Below, piece by piece: positions 19,738 to 30,661 of a stretch of DNA of 64,000 bases. Location of the stretch: assembly GCA_965216465.1 (NCBI GenBank), contig CBDCFW010000006.1, forward strand, positions 320,001 through 384,000, written 5' to 3'. The notes under the pieces are model-generated. The model was not told where the DNA came from. It saw nothing but the letters and a program-made list of their open reading frames with translations, and did not search any database. Within the stretch, counting starts at the first letter, position 1. Each line of letters begins with the position of its first letter. The stretch comes from Bacteroidia bacterium (GTDB lineage Bacteria; Bacteroidota; Bacteroidia; NS11-12g; UBA9320). The position numbers were made by a program, and so were the translations under genes.

Positions 19738-20685
19738 CTAAAGTCTAGCTTGATTCATTCGATCATGTGTTTTTTTGAATTCTTCGATTATTTCTGCAAC
19801 GATATCTTTGGCAGGCATTACCTTGTTAATCAAACCACTGATTTGACCTATTTCAAGTTCTCCTTCATCCATATCGCCTTCAAACATTCCTTTTTTGGCT
19901 CGTGCCCTTCCCAAAATTTCGGCTAATTCTTCTGCACTTGCACCGCGCATTTCTGCTGTTACCACATTTTCCCAAAATTTATTCTTCAATAAACGCACAG
20001 GTGTCAATTTTTTCAAGCTGAGTTGTGTGCTTCCATCTTTTGCATCTACCACAGCCTGTTTGAAATTTGCGTGAGCAGAAGACTCATTGCTAGCTACAAA
20101 TCTGCTTCCTACTTGAACAGCTTCTGCACCTAATGCCATAGCCGCATACATCGACCTTCCACTGCCTACTCCACCAGCTGCAATAACCGGAACACGCACA
20201 GCATCAACGATTTGCGGAATTAACACCATGGTGGTTGTCTCTTCACGACCGTTATGTCCTCCAGCTTCAAAACCTTCGGCAACCAATGCATCAACACCAC
20301 ATGCTTCCGCTTTCAAAGCAAATTTTAAATTGCTGATTACATGCACAACTGTTATCCCGTTATCTTTCAACTTTTGGGTCCATATAGCAGGATTTCCTGC
20401 GGATGTAAAAACAATGGGTACTTTTTCTTCAATGATAATTTCGATGTGTTTTTCTACATCGGGATACAACAGGGGAACATTCACACCAAAAGGATTGGTG
20501 GTGGCAGTCTTACACTTCTGAATTTGCTCTCTTAATATATCAGGATACATGCTCCCTGAACCAATTATTCCTAGTCCGCCAGCATTACTCACTGCCGATG
20601 CCAATTCCCATCCACTACACCAAATCATGCCAGCTTGAATTAGGGGATACTGAATTCCGAAAAGTTCGGTGATTCTATTTTGCAT
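19738..20685 (-). CDS. Nitronate monooxygenase / FabK-like flavoprotein
   Basis: YPLIQAGM, SNAGGLG, EGFEAGGH, PVIAAGG, GAEAVQVGSRF. Confidence 0.88.
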   Translation of the reverse strand: MQNRITELFGIQYPLIQAGMIWCSGWELASAVSNAGGLGIIGSGSMYPDILREQIQKCKTATTNPFGVNVPLLYPDVEKHIEIIIEEKVPIVFTSAGNPAIWTQKLKDNGITVVHVISNLKFALKAEACGVDALVAEGFEAGGHNGREETTTMVLIPQIVDAVRVPVIAAGGVGSGRSMYAAMALGAEAVQVGSRFVASNESSAHANFKQAVVDAKDGSTQLSLKKLTPVRLLKNKFWENVVTAEMRGASAEELAEILGRARAKKGMFEGDMDEGELEIGQISGLINKVMPAKDIVAEIIEEFKKTHDRMNQARL

Positions 20686-20790
20686 TTGACGAAGGTATTG
20701 AACTTGATGAATTTAAAGCAAACGAATAACCAACAAAAAACGGACAGCAAACCATTGAAATAAATTACGAAATCCTATTAACTTCGTTCA

Positions 20791-21936
20791 GTGAATTTTT
20801 CGTATTGGGAAACAACTTACTTTCTCGGTCAAATCGATTACCTCATCGTAGGAGCTGGACTTACTGGTTTACAATCTGCAACCTTGATCAAAGAGAAAAA
20901 CCCCAAAGCTAAAGTTGTTGTCGTTGATCGATTTGGGTGGAGTTTAGGTGCAAGTACACGCAATGCAGGTTTTGCCTGTTTCGCCAATGTATCTGAAATT
21001 CTTGATGATTTAAAACACGATTCACCTGAAGCGGTATATCAATTAGCCGCAAAAAGGTATCGTGGACTTCAAAAATTAAGAGAAAAGTATGGAGACATAA
21101 ACATAGACTACCAAGAAAAAGGAAGTGTCGAAGTATTTACCTCAAAAAACAAGAACGATCTTTATAAATGCATAGACAGCATCCAATCCATTAATTCAAT
21201 TCTGTATAATGAAACTGGGCTTGATCGTGTATTTACCTATTCGAGTAAAAGTCAATTATCAAACAGTATTGGAACTATTCACAACCAATATGAGGGTCAA
21301 TTAAACACCGGAAAGCTATATGCCACGATTTACCGCTACGCTGAACTTATAGGAGTTCGAATTTTGGGCGGAATTGAAGTTGAGTCTTGGGAAAAAGGAA
21401 ATACAATAACTGTTAGTACCAAGCAAGGTATTGAAATTAACGCAAATACCTTGGTCTTATGTACCAATGCATTTTCTCAAAAACTTAGCGTCGAAGATGT
21501 TGTTCCTGCACGTGGACAAGTTATTCTTACGGAACAACTTGATCAGCTTCCTTGTGAAGGTCTGCACATTTTTGACAGTGGATTTTACTATTGGAGAGAC
21601 ATAGACAATAGAATTCTCCTTGGAGGTGCTAGAAACTCGAATATTGAAGCAGAAACCACAGACAAAGTCGAATTGAACCCTGAAATTATTGAAGAATTGA
21701 AAGACTTTATGTTCAATCAAATTTTTGGAAATGAAGTTACAATTGACACGCAATGGAGTGGTATCATGGGAATGGGTAAAGAAAAGAATAAAACCCCAAT
21801 AATTAAAGAACTGGAACCCAATGTAATTCTTGCGGCTCGGTTAGGAGGAATGGGCGTTGCCTTAAGTGCGTTGGTTGCTCAAGAAGTGGTAGATTTAATC
21901 GAACAAAAAAGGGCAGACCTAAGCCTACCCTCTTAA
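20791..21936 (+). CDS. FAD-dependent oxidoreductase (DAO family)
   Basis: IVGAGLTG, GASTRNAGFAC, WSGIMG, LGGMGVA. Confidence 0.88.
   Translation: MNFSYWETTYFLGQIDYLIVGAGLTGLQSATLIKEKNPKAKVVVVDRFGWSLGASTRNAGFACFANVSEILDDLKHDSPEAVYQLAAKRYRGLQKLREKYGDINIDYQEKGSVEVFTSKNKNDLYKCIDSIQSINSILYNETGLDRVFTYSSKSQLSNSIGTIHNQYEGQLNTGKLYATIYRYAELIGVRILGGIEVESWEKGNTITVSTKQGIEINANTLVLCTNAFSQKLSVEDVVPARGQVILTEQLDQLPCEGLHIFDSGFYYWRDIDNRILLGGARNSNIEAETTDKVELNPEIIEELKDFMFNQIFGNEVTIDTQWSGIMGMGKEKNKTPIIKELEPNVILAARLGGMGVALSALVAQEVVDLIEQKRADLSLPS
21905..21930 (-). terminator. Intrinsic terminator for the acyl-CoA dehydrogenase gene, lying inside the 3' end of the convergent ORF
   Basis: Minus strand GGGTAGGC-ttag-GTCTGCCC-TTTTTT. 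Confidence 0.7.
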
Positions 21937-21953
21937 TATATTTGTTTTATTGA

Positions 21954-23096
21954 TTAGTCTTTCAATACGCTTCTAGCGATAACAATTCTTTGAACCTCGC
22001 TAGTTCCTTCATAAATCTGAGTGATTTTAGCATCACGCATTAATCGCTCTACGTGGTATTCTTTCACATATCCATATCCACCGTGAATTTGAACCGCTTC
22101 TGTAGTAACCCACATTGCTGTTTCTGATGCATATAATTTTGCCATTGAACTAGCTTGAGCATAGTCAAGACCGTTGTCTTTTAACCAAGCTGCTTTCAAA
22201 CAGAATAAGCGTGCCGCTTCAATTCTTGTTGCCATATCAGCAAGTTTAAATTGAATAGCTTGGTGATTCATAATCTCAGTACCAAATGCTTTTCTTTCTT
22301 TAGAATATTGTAATGCAAGCTCGTATGCACCACTTGCGATTCCTAATGCTTGAGAGGCGATACCAATTCTACCTCCGCTTAATACTTTCATAGCGAATTT
22401 AAATCCAAATCCTTCTTCTCCAATTCTATTCGCTTTAGGTACTTTCACATCTTGGAACATTAAAGAGTGTGTATCTGAACCTCTAATTCCTAGCTTATCT
22501 TCTTTTTTACCAACTGTAAACCCTTCCATGTCTGAGGTCACAATTAAGCAGTTGATACCTCTATGCCCTTTTTCTACATCTGTTTGAGCCATAACTAAGA
22601 AAGTACTTCCTGTTTTACCATTGGTAATCCAGTTTTTTGTTCCATTTAGAAGGTAATGATCACCCATATCGATAGCCGTTGTTCTTTGGCTTGTAGCATC
22701 ACTACCAGCTTCAGGCTCACTTAAACAAAATCCACCGTGAATTTGTCCGCTGGCTAAGGGTTTTAAGAACTTTTCTCTTTGCTCATCTGTACCAAACTCT
22801 TCTATTCCCCAGCACACCAATGAGTTGTTTACACTCATCACAACACTTGCACTCGCATCAACCTTTGAGATTTCTTCCATTGCAAGCACGTAGCTTACTG
22901 CGTCCATTCCGCTTCCACCCCACTTAGGGTCAACCATCATTCCTAGAAATCCTAATTCTCCAAGTTTTTTAACTTGCTCAGTTGGAAATCTTTGTTCATT
23001 ATCTCTTTCGATAACTCCAGGCAAAAGCTCAGTTCTTGCAAAGTCTCTAGCTGCCTGCTGTATCATTAAGTGTTCTTCTGAAAGCTCGAAATTCAT
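21954..23096 (-). CDS. Acyl-CoA dehydrogenase (short-chain type)
   Basis: FCLSEPEAGSDA, NGTKNWITNG, KLGIRGS, QIHGGYGY, QIYEGTSEVQR; TACCTTTG box at 23123-23130. Confidence 0.95.
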   Translation of the reverse strand: MNFELSEEHLMIQQAARDFARTELLPGVIERDNEQRFPTEQVKKLGELGFLGMMVDPKWGGSGMDAVSYVLAMEEISKVDASASVVMSVNNSLVCWGIEEFGTDEQREKFLKPLASGQIHGGFCLSEPEAGSDATSQRTTAIDMGDHYLLNGTKNWITNGKTGSTFLVMAQTDVEKGHRGINCLIVTSDMEGFTVGKKEDKLGIRGSDTHSLMFQDVKVPKANRIGEEGFGFKFAMKVLSGGRIGIASQALGIASGAYELALQYSKERKAFGTEIMNHQAIQFKLADMATRIEAARLFCLKAAWLKDNGLDYAQASSMAKLYASETAMWVTTEAVQIHGGYGYVKEYHVERLMRDAKITQIYEGTSEVQRIVIARSVLKD

Positions 23097-23201
23097 ATGT
23101 TCTGTTTGTGTAAATTGAGGTGCAAAGGTACAACAAAATACATCTTGTTCCAATCTGTATACTTGTTATGGAATAATCCTAAATAGACTAAATTCGCCCT
23201 C

Positions 23202-24092
23202 ATGTTTCTGAAACCTGGTGACACTATCGGAATTGCTTCTCCTGCTCGAGCAATTGAAGCACAACTTGTTCAACCTGCAATTAGTCTTTTAGCGTCTCAC
23301 GGGTTTCAAGTTGTTGTAGGCAAAAACGTCTACAATCGCTCCAATCAAATGGCCGGAACAGATTCAGAAAAAGTTGCAGACTTTCAAGCCCTTATTAACA
23401 ATCCTGATGTTAAAGCAATTCTTTGTACGCGAGGTGGATATGGTTCGGTACGCATACTAGATGCTCTTGATTTTAAACCTTTGGTTAACCAACAAAAGTG
23501 GCTAATCGGCTATAGCGACGTAACTGCTTTCCATTCGCATATTCATCAGCAATTTAACCTTCCAACCTTGCACGCCACTATGCCTGTAAATATTTCTGAT
23601 TCGCCAGATGCTAACGAATCAATTAGTAATAGTACTCTCATTGATGCCTTGCTTGGAAAGACACTAACCTATAACTTCTCGAATCACAATCTTACCCAGC
23701 CTGGAAATGCCAACGGGGTTTTGGTTGGAGGAAATTTAAGTATGCTTTACAGCCTTTGTGGATCATCATCGGATATTGATACCCGAGGAAAAATTTTATT
23801 CTTAGAAGATCTTGACGAATATCTTTATCATGTTGACCGTATGATGATGAATCTAAAACGAACAGGTAAACTAGACCAATTAGCTGGATTAGTGATTGGA
23901 GGCATGAGCGATATGAACGACAACGCTATTCCATTTGGTAAAACGGCCGAAGAAATTATTCTTGAACATACCCAAGAGTTTAACTACCCGATTTACTTTG
24001 GACTTGAAGCAGGACATATTCAACCAAATCGTGCTTTACGTTTAGGAATGGAAGCTATTATTCAAGACAATCAACTAATTTTGCCAGCTTAA
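23202..24092 (+). CDS. LD-carboxypeptidase (peptidase S66)
   Basis: RGGYG, IGYSDVT, GGNLS, LFLED, AGH motifs. Confidence 0.92.
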   Translation: MFLKPGDTIGIASPARAIEAQLVQPAISLLASHGFQVVVGKNVYNRSNQMAGTDSEKVADFQALINNPDVKAILCTRGGYGSVRILDALDFKPLVNQQKWLIGYSDVTAFHSHIHQQFNLPTLHATMPVNISDSPDANESISNSTLIDALLGKTLTYNFSNHNLTQPGNANGVLVGGNLSMLYSLCGSSSDIDTRGKILFLEDLDEYLYHVDRMMMNLKRTGKLDQLAGLVIGGMSDMNDNAIPFGKTAEEIILEHTQEFNYPIYFGLEAGHIQPNRALRLGMEAIIQDNQLILPA

Positions 24093-24541
24093 TGGCTATC
24101 TACCAAGCAAGTAAAGAACTCACCAAGTTTATCATCTCCGGTCTAGCAGCAGTTGCGGTCGATTTTATCGTATATTTTGCCTTATCTCAGTTCTTAGATA
24201 TTAATCTAAGTAAGGGCTTAAGCTTTTGTTCTGGAATGCTTGTTACTTACAACTTGAATAAGTACTGGACCTGGAGACAAACAGATAAAAACAATAAAAG
24301 GTTGCTTCTTTTTACGGGACTATATTTGGTTGCCATGGTCATTAACATCGCTGTTAACCATTATGCTTTTGAATTGCTTCCTGATGGGGAGTTTGTAAGT
24401 TTATTACGTTCAGAGTCTGGCATTAAAGATTTAATTACTATCAAAATTGACAAGGTCGCTGCCTTTATAATTGCCACTGGAATAAGTGCCAGCTTTACTT
24501 TTGTTGGCCAGAAGTTTTGGTTGTTCAGAGAAAAATCCTAA
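24092..24541 (+). CDS. GtrA-family protein
   Basis: KFIISG..AVAVDF, YNLNKYWTW, FVGQKFWLF. Confidence 0.85.
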   Translation: MAIYQASKELTKFIISGLAAVAVDFIVYFALSQFLDINLSKGLSFCSGMLVTYNLNKYWTWRQTDKNNKRLLLFTGLYLVAMVINIAVNHYAFELLPDGEFVSLLRSESGIKDLITIKIDKVAAFIIATGISASFTFVGQKFWLFREKS

Positions 24542-24972
24542 TCGTATGGTCGATTTAGAATTGCATCGTAAATGATCGCCTGTTCGATATCCACTTCAAT
24601 CTCTTTTGGTTGAGTTGCTATACCTTTCTCCTCCTGAATTTCAGCTCTAATCTCAGCCATATTCATGCCTGTATCTGCATTGTGATCATACTCAACACGT
24701 TTGTCGTATTGATGATCTTCAATAAGAATTTTCTTTCGCTTTTTCTTCTTCTTAACAGGTTTGGCAACAGGGGTCTTATATTCTTGCTTGGGTTGCGGAG
24801 CTGGTTCACCTGACAGTTCACGTAAGATTTCTTCCAAGCTCGGAGATTGAGGGTTTGGTTTTTTTCGCTGCACCGGTCGCTGTTTTGGCTTTTGTTGCTT
24901 TTTTTTGCTGGGTGCAAAAATTCGGTACAGGAGGTAAGCCGCAATCGGTAGAAATTTTAATAAATCTTCCAT
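24538..24972 (-). CDS. Hypothetical protein (N-terminal membrane anchor, basic linker)
   Basis: Hydrophobic N-terminus; C-terminal QAIIYDAILNRPY motif. Confidence 0.6.
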   Translation of the reverse strand: MEDLLKFLPIAAYLLYRIFAPSKKKQQKPKQRPVQRKKPNPQSPSLEEILRELSGEPAPQPKQEYKTPVAKPVKKKKKRKKILIEDHQYDKRVEYDHNADTGMNMAEIRAEIQEEKGIATQPKEIEVDIEQAIIYDAILNRPYD

Positions 24973-24988
24973 GAACAAAGCGAAAGTA

Positions 24989-25468
24989 ATGAAAAAAAAT
25001 CTGGTATTGGGGTTAGGGTCTAATTTGGGAAATCGATATGCTTACTTGCAAATAGCCATCAAGTTAATTGAGCAACAATTTGAAACTGCATCAATCAAAG
25101 CCAAGGTGTACAGTACCCCTCCATGGGGAAACACCAATCAGGCTGCTTTTTTAAATACTGCTGTACTTGTTCAAACAGACTTCGAAGCTGAAAAATGTTT
25201 TAAAATCATCAAACAAATTGAACAGGAAGTAGGCCGCGTTAGATCAGAACATTGGGGACCACGCTGTATCGACATCGACATCCTATTCTACGACAGCTTA
25301 GTCGTTGAAAATGAACAACTTTCAATTCCTCATCCTCAAATTCAAAATCGGTCTTTTGTACTTGTTCCCTTGAATGACATTGTACCTGAGCTGACTCACC
25401 CTGTTCTTCAAAAATCGGTAAGCAAACTTTGCAAATTAGTACCTAACGATTGTGTAATTTTTAACTAA
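24989..25468 (+). CDS. folK: 6-hydroxymethyl-7,8-dihydropterin pyrophosphokinase
   Basis: LGLGSNLG, FLNTAV, WGPRCIDIDIL, IPHP..R.FVL.PL. Confidence 0.95.
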   Translation: MKKNLVLGLGSNLGNRYAYLQIAIKLIEQQFETASIKAKVYSTPPWGNTNQAAFLNTAVLVQTDFEAEKCFKIIKQIEQEVGRVRSEHWGPRCIDIDILFYDSLVVENEQLSIPHPQIQNRSFVLVPLNDIVPELTHPVLQKSVSKLCKLVPNDCVIFN

Positions 25469-25470
25469 GT

Positions 25471-26028
25471 TTGAAAGTGTTTTTAACCTGTGTAGGCAAC
25501 ATATCATATTGGAAAGAGTTGGTTCAAAATCAAGAGGTGACGTTCTTTTTGAATCACACTTTTCAAAAGCAAACAGAGCTTTCTCAGTTTGAGATTGTTG
25601 GACCAAATGGTCGGCTAAAATTAAGCCTGCCCTTGATTAAAGCAACTCGAAAAGGACCTTATGATGCAGTGCACTTAGACTACCACTCAAATTGGCAAGT
25701 TGAACACTGGCGTAGCATCGAAAATGCATACAAAAAGGCTCCTTTCTTTTTATACTATGGCTATAAAATTCAGCCCGTTTTTCAAAAAAGACATGAAACC
25801 CTTGTAGACTTTAACAAGGCTATGCTTGAAGCAATTCTAAACTGCATTAAGCATGATAGTGACATTCTGTTCTCTGAGGAATCAGTAGCATATAGTGCCA
25901 CTAAATTATCATCCACCGTAGCATATCCTCAAGTTTTTGATGCCAAATTGAACTTCGAATCCAATTTGTCTATTCTAGATGTGATTTTTAATCTAGGGCC
26001 AGAAACGCTAGATTATCTTATGCACTAA
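25471..26028 (+). CDS. WbqC-like family protein
   Basis: [34 protein letters not shown]. Confidence 0.85.
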   Translation: MKVFLTCVGNISYWKELVQNQEVTFFLNHTFQKQTELSQFEIVGPNGRLKLSLPLIKATRKGPYDAVHLDYHSNWQVEHWRSIENAYKKAPFFLYYGYKIQPVFQKRHETLVDFNKAMLEAILNCIKHDSDILFSEESVAYSATKLSSTVAYPQVFDAKLNFESNLSILDVIFNLGPETLDYLMH

Positions 26029-26980
26029 CGCTTTCGTAAGAACCCATCGAGCTAAACTTGTCAATTCGCTGTTGAACCAGCTCTTCAGTATCAAGTTCGT
26101 TAAGCTCTTTGATACGTCGTTTAATCTCGGTCTTTAGCGTTTTGTACATTACTTCTGGGTTGTTATGAGCTCCGCCTAAAGGTTCGCGAATCACCCCATC
26201 AATAAGTCCATTTTTAAGCATCACGTTTGCTGTAAGCTTCAATGCGTCCGCGGCTTTTTCTTTGAAATCCCAGCTTCTCCAAAGGATAGAAGAACAACTC
26301 TCAGGAGATATTACAGAATACCAAGTATTTTCAAGCATCAATACACGATCTCCAACACCAATTCCTAACGCTCCACCACTTGCACCTTCACCGATAACGA
26401 TACAAATGATTGGCACTTTAAGAACAGCCATTTCCATGAGGTTTTTTGCGATAGCTTCACCTTGACCACGCTCTTCGGCTTCTAAACCTGGTGATGCTCC
26501 TGGGGTATCAATTAAGCATACTACTGGAAGATTAAACTTCTCAGCCATCTTCATCATTCTTAATGCTTTTCTATACCCTTCTGGATTAGGCATCCCAAAG
26601 TTTCTGTATTGTCTTTGCTTCGTGTTTCGTCCTTTTTGATGACCAATGATCATAACATTGTGTCCGTCAATTTGAGCAAGTCCTCCTACCATAGCTTTGT
26701 CGTCTCCAACGTTTCTATCACCGTGAAGCTCAACAAAGTTTTTGCTAATTGCGTTGATGTAATCTAAGGTATATGGTCTTTCTGGATGTCTCGAGATTTG
26801 AACACGCTGCCAGCCAGAAAGATCTTTGTACATTTCTTTTCGTACACTAAGGATCTTTTTCTCCAATTGTTCAACCGTGTCGCTCATATCTACCTTGCCT
26901 TTGGCGTGGGTAGCTTGAGCCTTTTCAAGTTGTTCGTATAACTCCTCTAACGGCTTTTCAAAATCTAATAATGCAGTCAT
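26018..26980 (-). CDS. accA: Acetyl-CoA carboxylase carboxyltransferase alpha subunit
   Basis: [37 protein letters not shown]. Confidence 0.97.
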   Translation of the reverse strand: MTALLDFEKPLEELYEQLEKAQATHAKGKVDMSDTVEQLEKKILSVRKEMYKDLSGWQRVQISRHPERPYTLDYINAISKNFVELHGDRNVGDDKAMVGGLAQIDGHNVMIIGHQKGRNTKQRQYRNFGMPNPEGYRKALRMMKMAEKFNLPVVCLIDTPGASPGLEAEERGQGEAIAKNLMEMAVLKVPIICIVIGEGASGGALGIGVGDRVLMLENTWYSVISPESCSSILWRSWDFKEKAADALKLTANVMLKNGLIDGVIREPLGGAHNNPEVMYKTLKTEIKRRIKELNELDTEELVQQRIDKFSSMGSYESVSA

Positions 26981-27087
26981 TTGCGTTCTATTTGAAGAGG
27001 GCAAAGTTAGAAATCAAAATGATTTACGGTAGTTTTATGCTTAAAAATGGTTCTCTTGAGAATAAAATACTTGCTTAAATTTGACCC

Positions 27088-27513
27088 ATGTCAAAGTTGT
27101 TTTATCTGTTTATTTCGCTGAGTTTATGGGCCTGTAACAGCGGTGCAAATTCAAAATCGAATAGAACTACATGTGGATATGACGGAACTTGGGTTTCCCA
27201 TTTTGATTTCTCAAAAGTAGATTCAACAAATGCTAACATAAATCACTTCAGAACCATGATTTCTATCACAGAGATTAAGTTTATGTTACACGATTCAGGA
27301 AATGGGTATTCTACAGTTAAGGCAGGCAGAGAAAGAGCTGACGAAAGCGAGCCATTTAAATGGTTATGTTCAAACGACACCTTAATCATTGATCGCGATG
27401 GGCAAATTCAAAAATTTGAACCAATATCTGCTGACAGTCTAAAAGATCTTACCTACATCGAAGAAAATGACCCCAACTATGCACAACACTACTTGGTACG
27501 GGAATCGAAATAG
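27088..27513 (+). CDS. Hypothetical lipoprotein
   Basis: Lipobox LWAC; TAAATTTG box ends 4 nt before ATG. Confidence 0.65.
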   Translation: MSKLFYLFISLSLWACNSGANSKSNRTTCGYDGTWVSHFDFSKVDSTNANINHFRTMISITEIKFMLHDSGNGYSTVKAGRERADESEPFKWLCSNDTLIIDRDGQIQKFEPISADSLKDLTYIEENDPNYAQHYLVRESK

Positions 27514-27586
27514 ATAACAATTTACTCAAATTTTTATGACACAAATGGCTCTTGATTAGCTGTTTATAGTTCTATATTTGGCGCCG

Positions 27587-30481
27587 ATGAAAAACTTTTT
27601 GTTTCTAACCGCCATCCTGCTTTCTGCACATTTCAGCTCTGCTAAACTAATTTCTGGCCCAACCACTCCCGTTCCTTCCTCAGGAACCACCAACGTTGAA
27701 ACTGGAGTGCAGCTTAGAGTCAAGCCTTCATTTTCGAGCAAGCGTGTAGTCTTTCAGGTTTCTAAGAATTCAAATATGAGTGATGCCATTCGTATGGATC
27801 ACGACAGGCATTATTCATCGTTTGCCTATGTTAGAGCCAAAGCTTTGGACTTAAATACAACCTACTATTGGCGAGCGAAATGTTTTTCAAGCAACAATGC
27901 CGACTCTTCAAACTGGAGTGACACGTGGAGTTTCACAACCAACGACTCACTAACAATTTATAGTCCAAGCATAAATAACTTTAATAGCTTATCTCGTCCG
28001 TGGATTTCATTTCATCGCGTGGGAGATTATGACAGTTTTGAAGTTCAATTGGATACGGTTAGCGACTTCAGCTCAAGCTTTATTCAGAAAGTATTTGCTA
28101 AAGATACTTTTTCAACTTGGTACACCGAATTTCGTTTCAACCATGTTGGTTACAACACTCCAATTTATATGAGAGGAAGAGGATTATCCGCTACCAATAC
28201 ATCCGATTGGTCCGAAACGAGAAATGGTAAAACCATCGACCGACCAAATTTTACTCGCGTTAATAACGATGCAACCATGTACACCGATTCTGCTGAGTTT
28301 TATTGGAGTTATTACAACTCCGAAGGTTACCAATTTCAGTTTGATACCACTCGATTATTCAACTCTCCTTCACTATACGACTCGAGCGATTTTAATGGAA
28401 TTCAAGATTTCAATAATTTTTTCACCTTCTATTTGCTCGATTTTGATCAAGAATACCATTGGAGAATTCGTTTTGTTTCGCCCATCGACACCGGGGTTTG
28501 GGTACACGATAGTTTTACTCCAAGAGGAATTGCAGGTAACTGGATGAGCTTTCAGTGGCCATACACTACAGATTACACTTTTAATGCTGTTCGAACCCTC
28601 CGCGGTGAGAATGGATATACCATTCAATTGGATACGAGTTTAGATTTCAATTCGCCGGAATTGATTGAAATTCAAGATTCAAATTTCACCATGCCTGTAA
28701 CTGAGTTACTTTATGGTGCTGAGTATTGGGTTCGTTCTAATATGTATCACGAAAAAGACACTTCAGATTGGTGCAGAGAACGAAAGTTCACTACGAATGG
28801 ATATGCTCGTTTAAGCTACCCGGGCTACCGAATGGATGGTGCCGGCGTTAGAGATAGCATCTTGTGGTGGAGTAGGCACGACGGAACAACGCATTACGAG
28901 CTTCATATATCCGAAAACCCAGATTTTTTGGACCCAATTTTGGATACCCTCGTACCTTTTGAAGGAGGTACATTGACACGTATCGATGGTACCAAATTTA
29001 AGTTTGGAACTAGATATTACGTTAAAATGCGGATGATGCATGCTTCTGATACTTGCGAATGGGACCATATTCAGTTCGATACCATGTGGTTTACGACTGA
29101 AGCAAGGCCAACTCTTAAATACCCAACTTCACACCTAGGATTTGGCCGCTACGCAGAAATGGAGTTTTCTTGGGATACCATGAAGCATGTAAGTAACTAT
29201 CAATTTTGGATTGACACCACAAGCAACTTTGATTCACCCTTCTTGTTAGACACTGCAGCTGTAGGAAAAGAAATAACCATTAACGAAATGCTTTTTGGCC
29301 AACAATACCATTGGAAGCTAAGGGGTATTTTAGAAGGCGACACCAGCGACTGGTCTGAAACTAGAACTTTTTATGTTCGTGAAAAGCCAAACTTAGATCG
29401 TCCAAGTAACAATTCACTGGTTCATTACAGTAGAAGCAGCTTAGATTGGCATTCCATCACAGGTACTACAGGTTACATTTTGGAATTAGATACCAATGCA
29501 AACTTTACCAATCCAAAAGTTTATACTAAAGATGAAGAGAACCCATTCTTCTTATGGTTTTTTGACGACCCTGGATTCAAGTTTGAGGAAACGTATTACT
29601 GGAGAGTTAAGGTTTATCATGCAAAAGATACTTCGCTTTGGAGTGACACTTGGAAGTTTACCATCAAACCACAACAATCTTCTGAATTGGTAGCACCTGT
29701 AGATGGAGCTGAAGATATTCACTACTATGTTCCATTCAAATGGACCAAATATCCGCTTGCGACGTTCTACAAGCTTCAGTATGCAACGAAACCAGACTTT
29801 TCGAATGCTGACGAGTACATTACTGCTGATACATTTGCAACACGCATGCTTCGTCACAATAACCACTATTATTGGAGAGTGCGGTCATTAAATTCTGACC
29901 AAAACGAATTTCACGATTGGTCTGAGGTGTGGGAGTTTAGCACCAAATCGGATATTGACGATGTAGTTCTAACAGCACCTGCAAATGGTAGTCGTACGGA
30001 TAAGAGCAATGTTTTGCTTCAATGGGAGAACTTGAAAGGACATACCTACTTCATTGAATTCAGTACCAATTCAAGTTTTGTTGGATCACAAAAGAAAACT
30101 TCAAATACCAACACAGTTCAATTTACCAATTTGGGGACAAATAAAGATTACTATTGGAAGGTAAGAGCAAAAACTCCTTATGGAGATGGAGCTTGGAGTG
30201 AAGTTTGGCATTTTGACACCAAAGATGGAGCTTCTATTATAGAAGCGGAAGGACAAAAACCTGCCATTGCTCCAAACCCAACTTCAGGTATAATGAAAAT
30301 CACCAATTTAAGTCTCGATCAGATTGATGCGATTAAGGTTTACGATCAATTGGGAAGAGAAACGGCTATTACACATGAAGGTGATGTAATCGACGCAACA
30401 CAACTTAGTGAAGGCATGTACTATGTGGTTATTGACTACAAAAATGGAACATCGTATCGCTTGAAGTTTGAGAAGTTGTAG
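27587..30481 (+). CDS. T9SS type A sorting-domain protein with about 9 FN3-like repeats
   Basis: Repeated Y(Y/H)W(R/K)V...S.WS..W.F motifs; CTD IAPNP..VYDQLGR..GMYYV..KFEKL. Confidence 0.85.
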   Translation: MKNFLFLTAILLSAHFSSAKLISGPTTPVPSSGTTNVETGVQLRVKPSFSSKRVVFQVSKNSNMSDAIRMDHDRHYSSFAYVRAKALDLNTTYYWRAKCFSSNNADSSNWSDTWSFTTNDSLTIYSPSINNFNSLSRPWISFHRVGDYDSFEVQLDTVSDFSSSFIQKVFAKDTFSTWYTEFRFNHVGYNTPIYMRGRGLSATNTSDWSETRNGKTIDRPNFTRVNNDATMYTDSAEFYWSYYNSEGYQFQFDTTRLFNSPSLYDSSDFNGIQDFNNFFTFYLLDFDQEYHWRIRFVSPIDTGVWVHDSFTPRGIAGNWMSFQWPYTTDYTFNAVRTLRGENGYTIQLDTSLDFNSPELIEIQDSNFTMPVTELLYGAEYWVRSNMYHEKDTSDWCRERKFTTNGYARLSYPGYRMDGAGVRDSILWWSRHDGTTHYELHISENPDFLDPILDTLVPFEGGTLTRIDGTKFKFGTRYYVKMRMMHASDTCEWDHIQFDTMWFTTEARPTLKYPTSHLGFGRYAEMEFSWDTMKHVSNYQFWIDTTSNFDSPFLLDTAAVGKEITINEMLFGQQYHWKLRGILEGDTSDWSETRTFYVREKPNLDRPSNNSLVHYSRSSLDWHSITGTTGYILELDTNANFTNPKVYTKDEENPFFLWFFDDPGFKFEETYYWRVKVYHAKDTSLWSDTWKFTIKPQQSSELVAPVDGAEDIHYYVPFKWTKYPLATFYKLQYATKPDFSNADEYITADTFATRMLRHNNHYYWRVRSLNSDQNEFHDWSEVWEFSTKSDIDDVVLTAPANGSRTDKSNVLLQWENLKGHTYFIEFSTNSSFVGSQKKTSNTNTVQFTNLGTNKDYYWKVRAKTPYGDGAWSEVWHFDTKDGASIIEAEGQKPAIAPNPTSGIMKITNLSLDQIDAIKVYDQLGRETAITHEGDVIDATQLSEGMYYVVIDYKNGTSYRLKFEKL

Positions 30482-30511
30482 ACTCTTGCTTTATATTTGA
30501 GTTCTTCTAAA

Positions 30512-30661
30512 ATGCTTAAAACGACTCAATTTCTTTCGATTCTATTTTTAGTGGTTTTGGTCATTTCCTGTAAGGAAGAGCCACACATAATCAATACTAC
30601 AAACGAAGTAGAAACGGATCAACCTTACCATCTATTTGAGCATTTAGCTCTTAGTAAATAA
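30512..30661 (+). CDS. 49-aa putative small lipoprotein (or truncated remnant)
   Basis: Not in ORF track. MLKTTQFLSILFLVVLVISCKEEPHIINTTNEVETDQPYHLFEHLALSK; lipobox VISC; TATATTTG at 30492-30499. Confidence 0.45.
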   Translation: MLKTTQFLSILFLVVLVISCKEEPHIINTTNEVETDQPYHLFEHLALSK

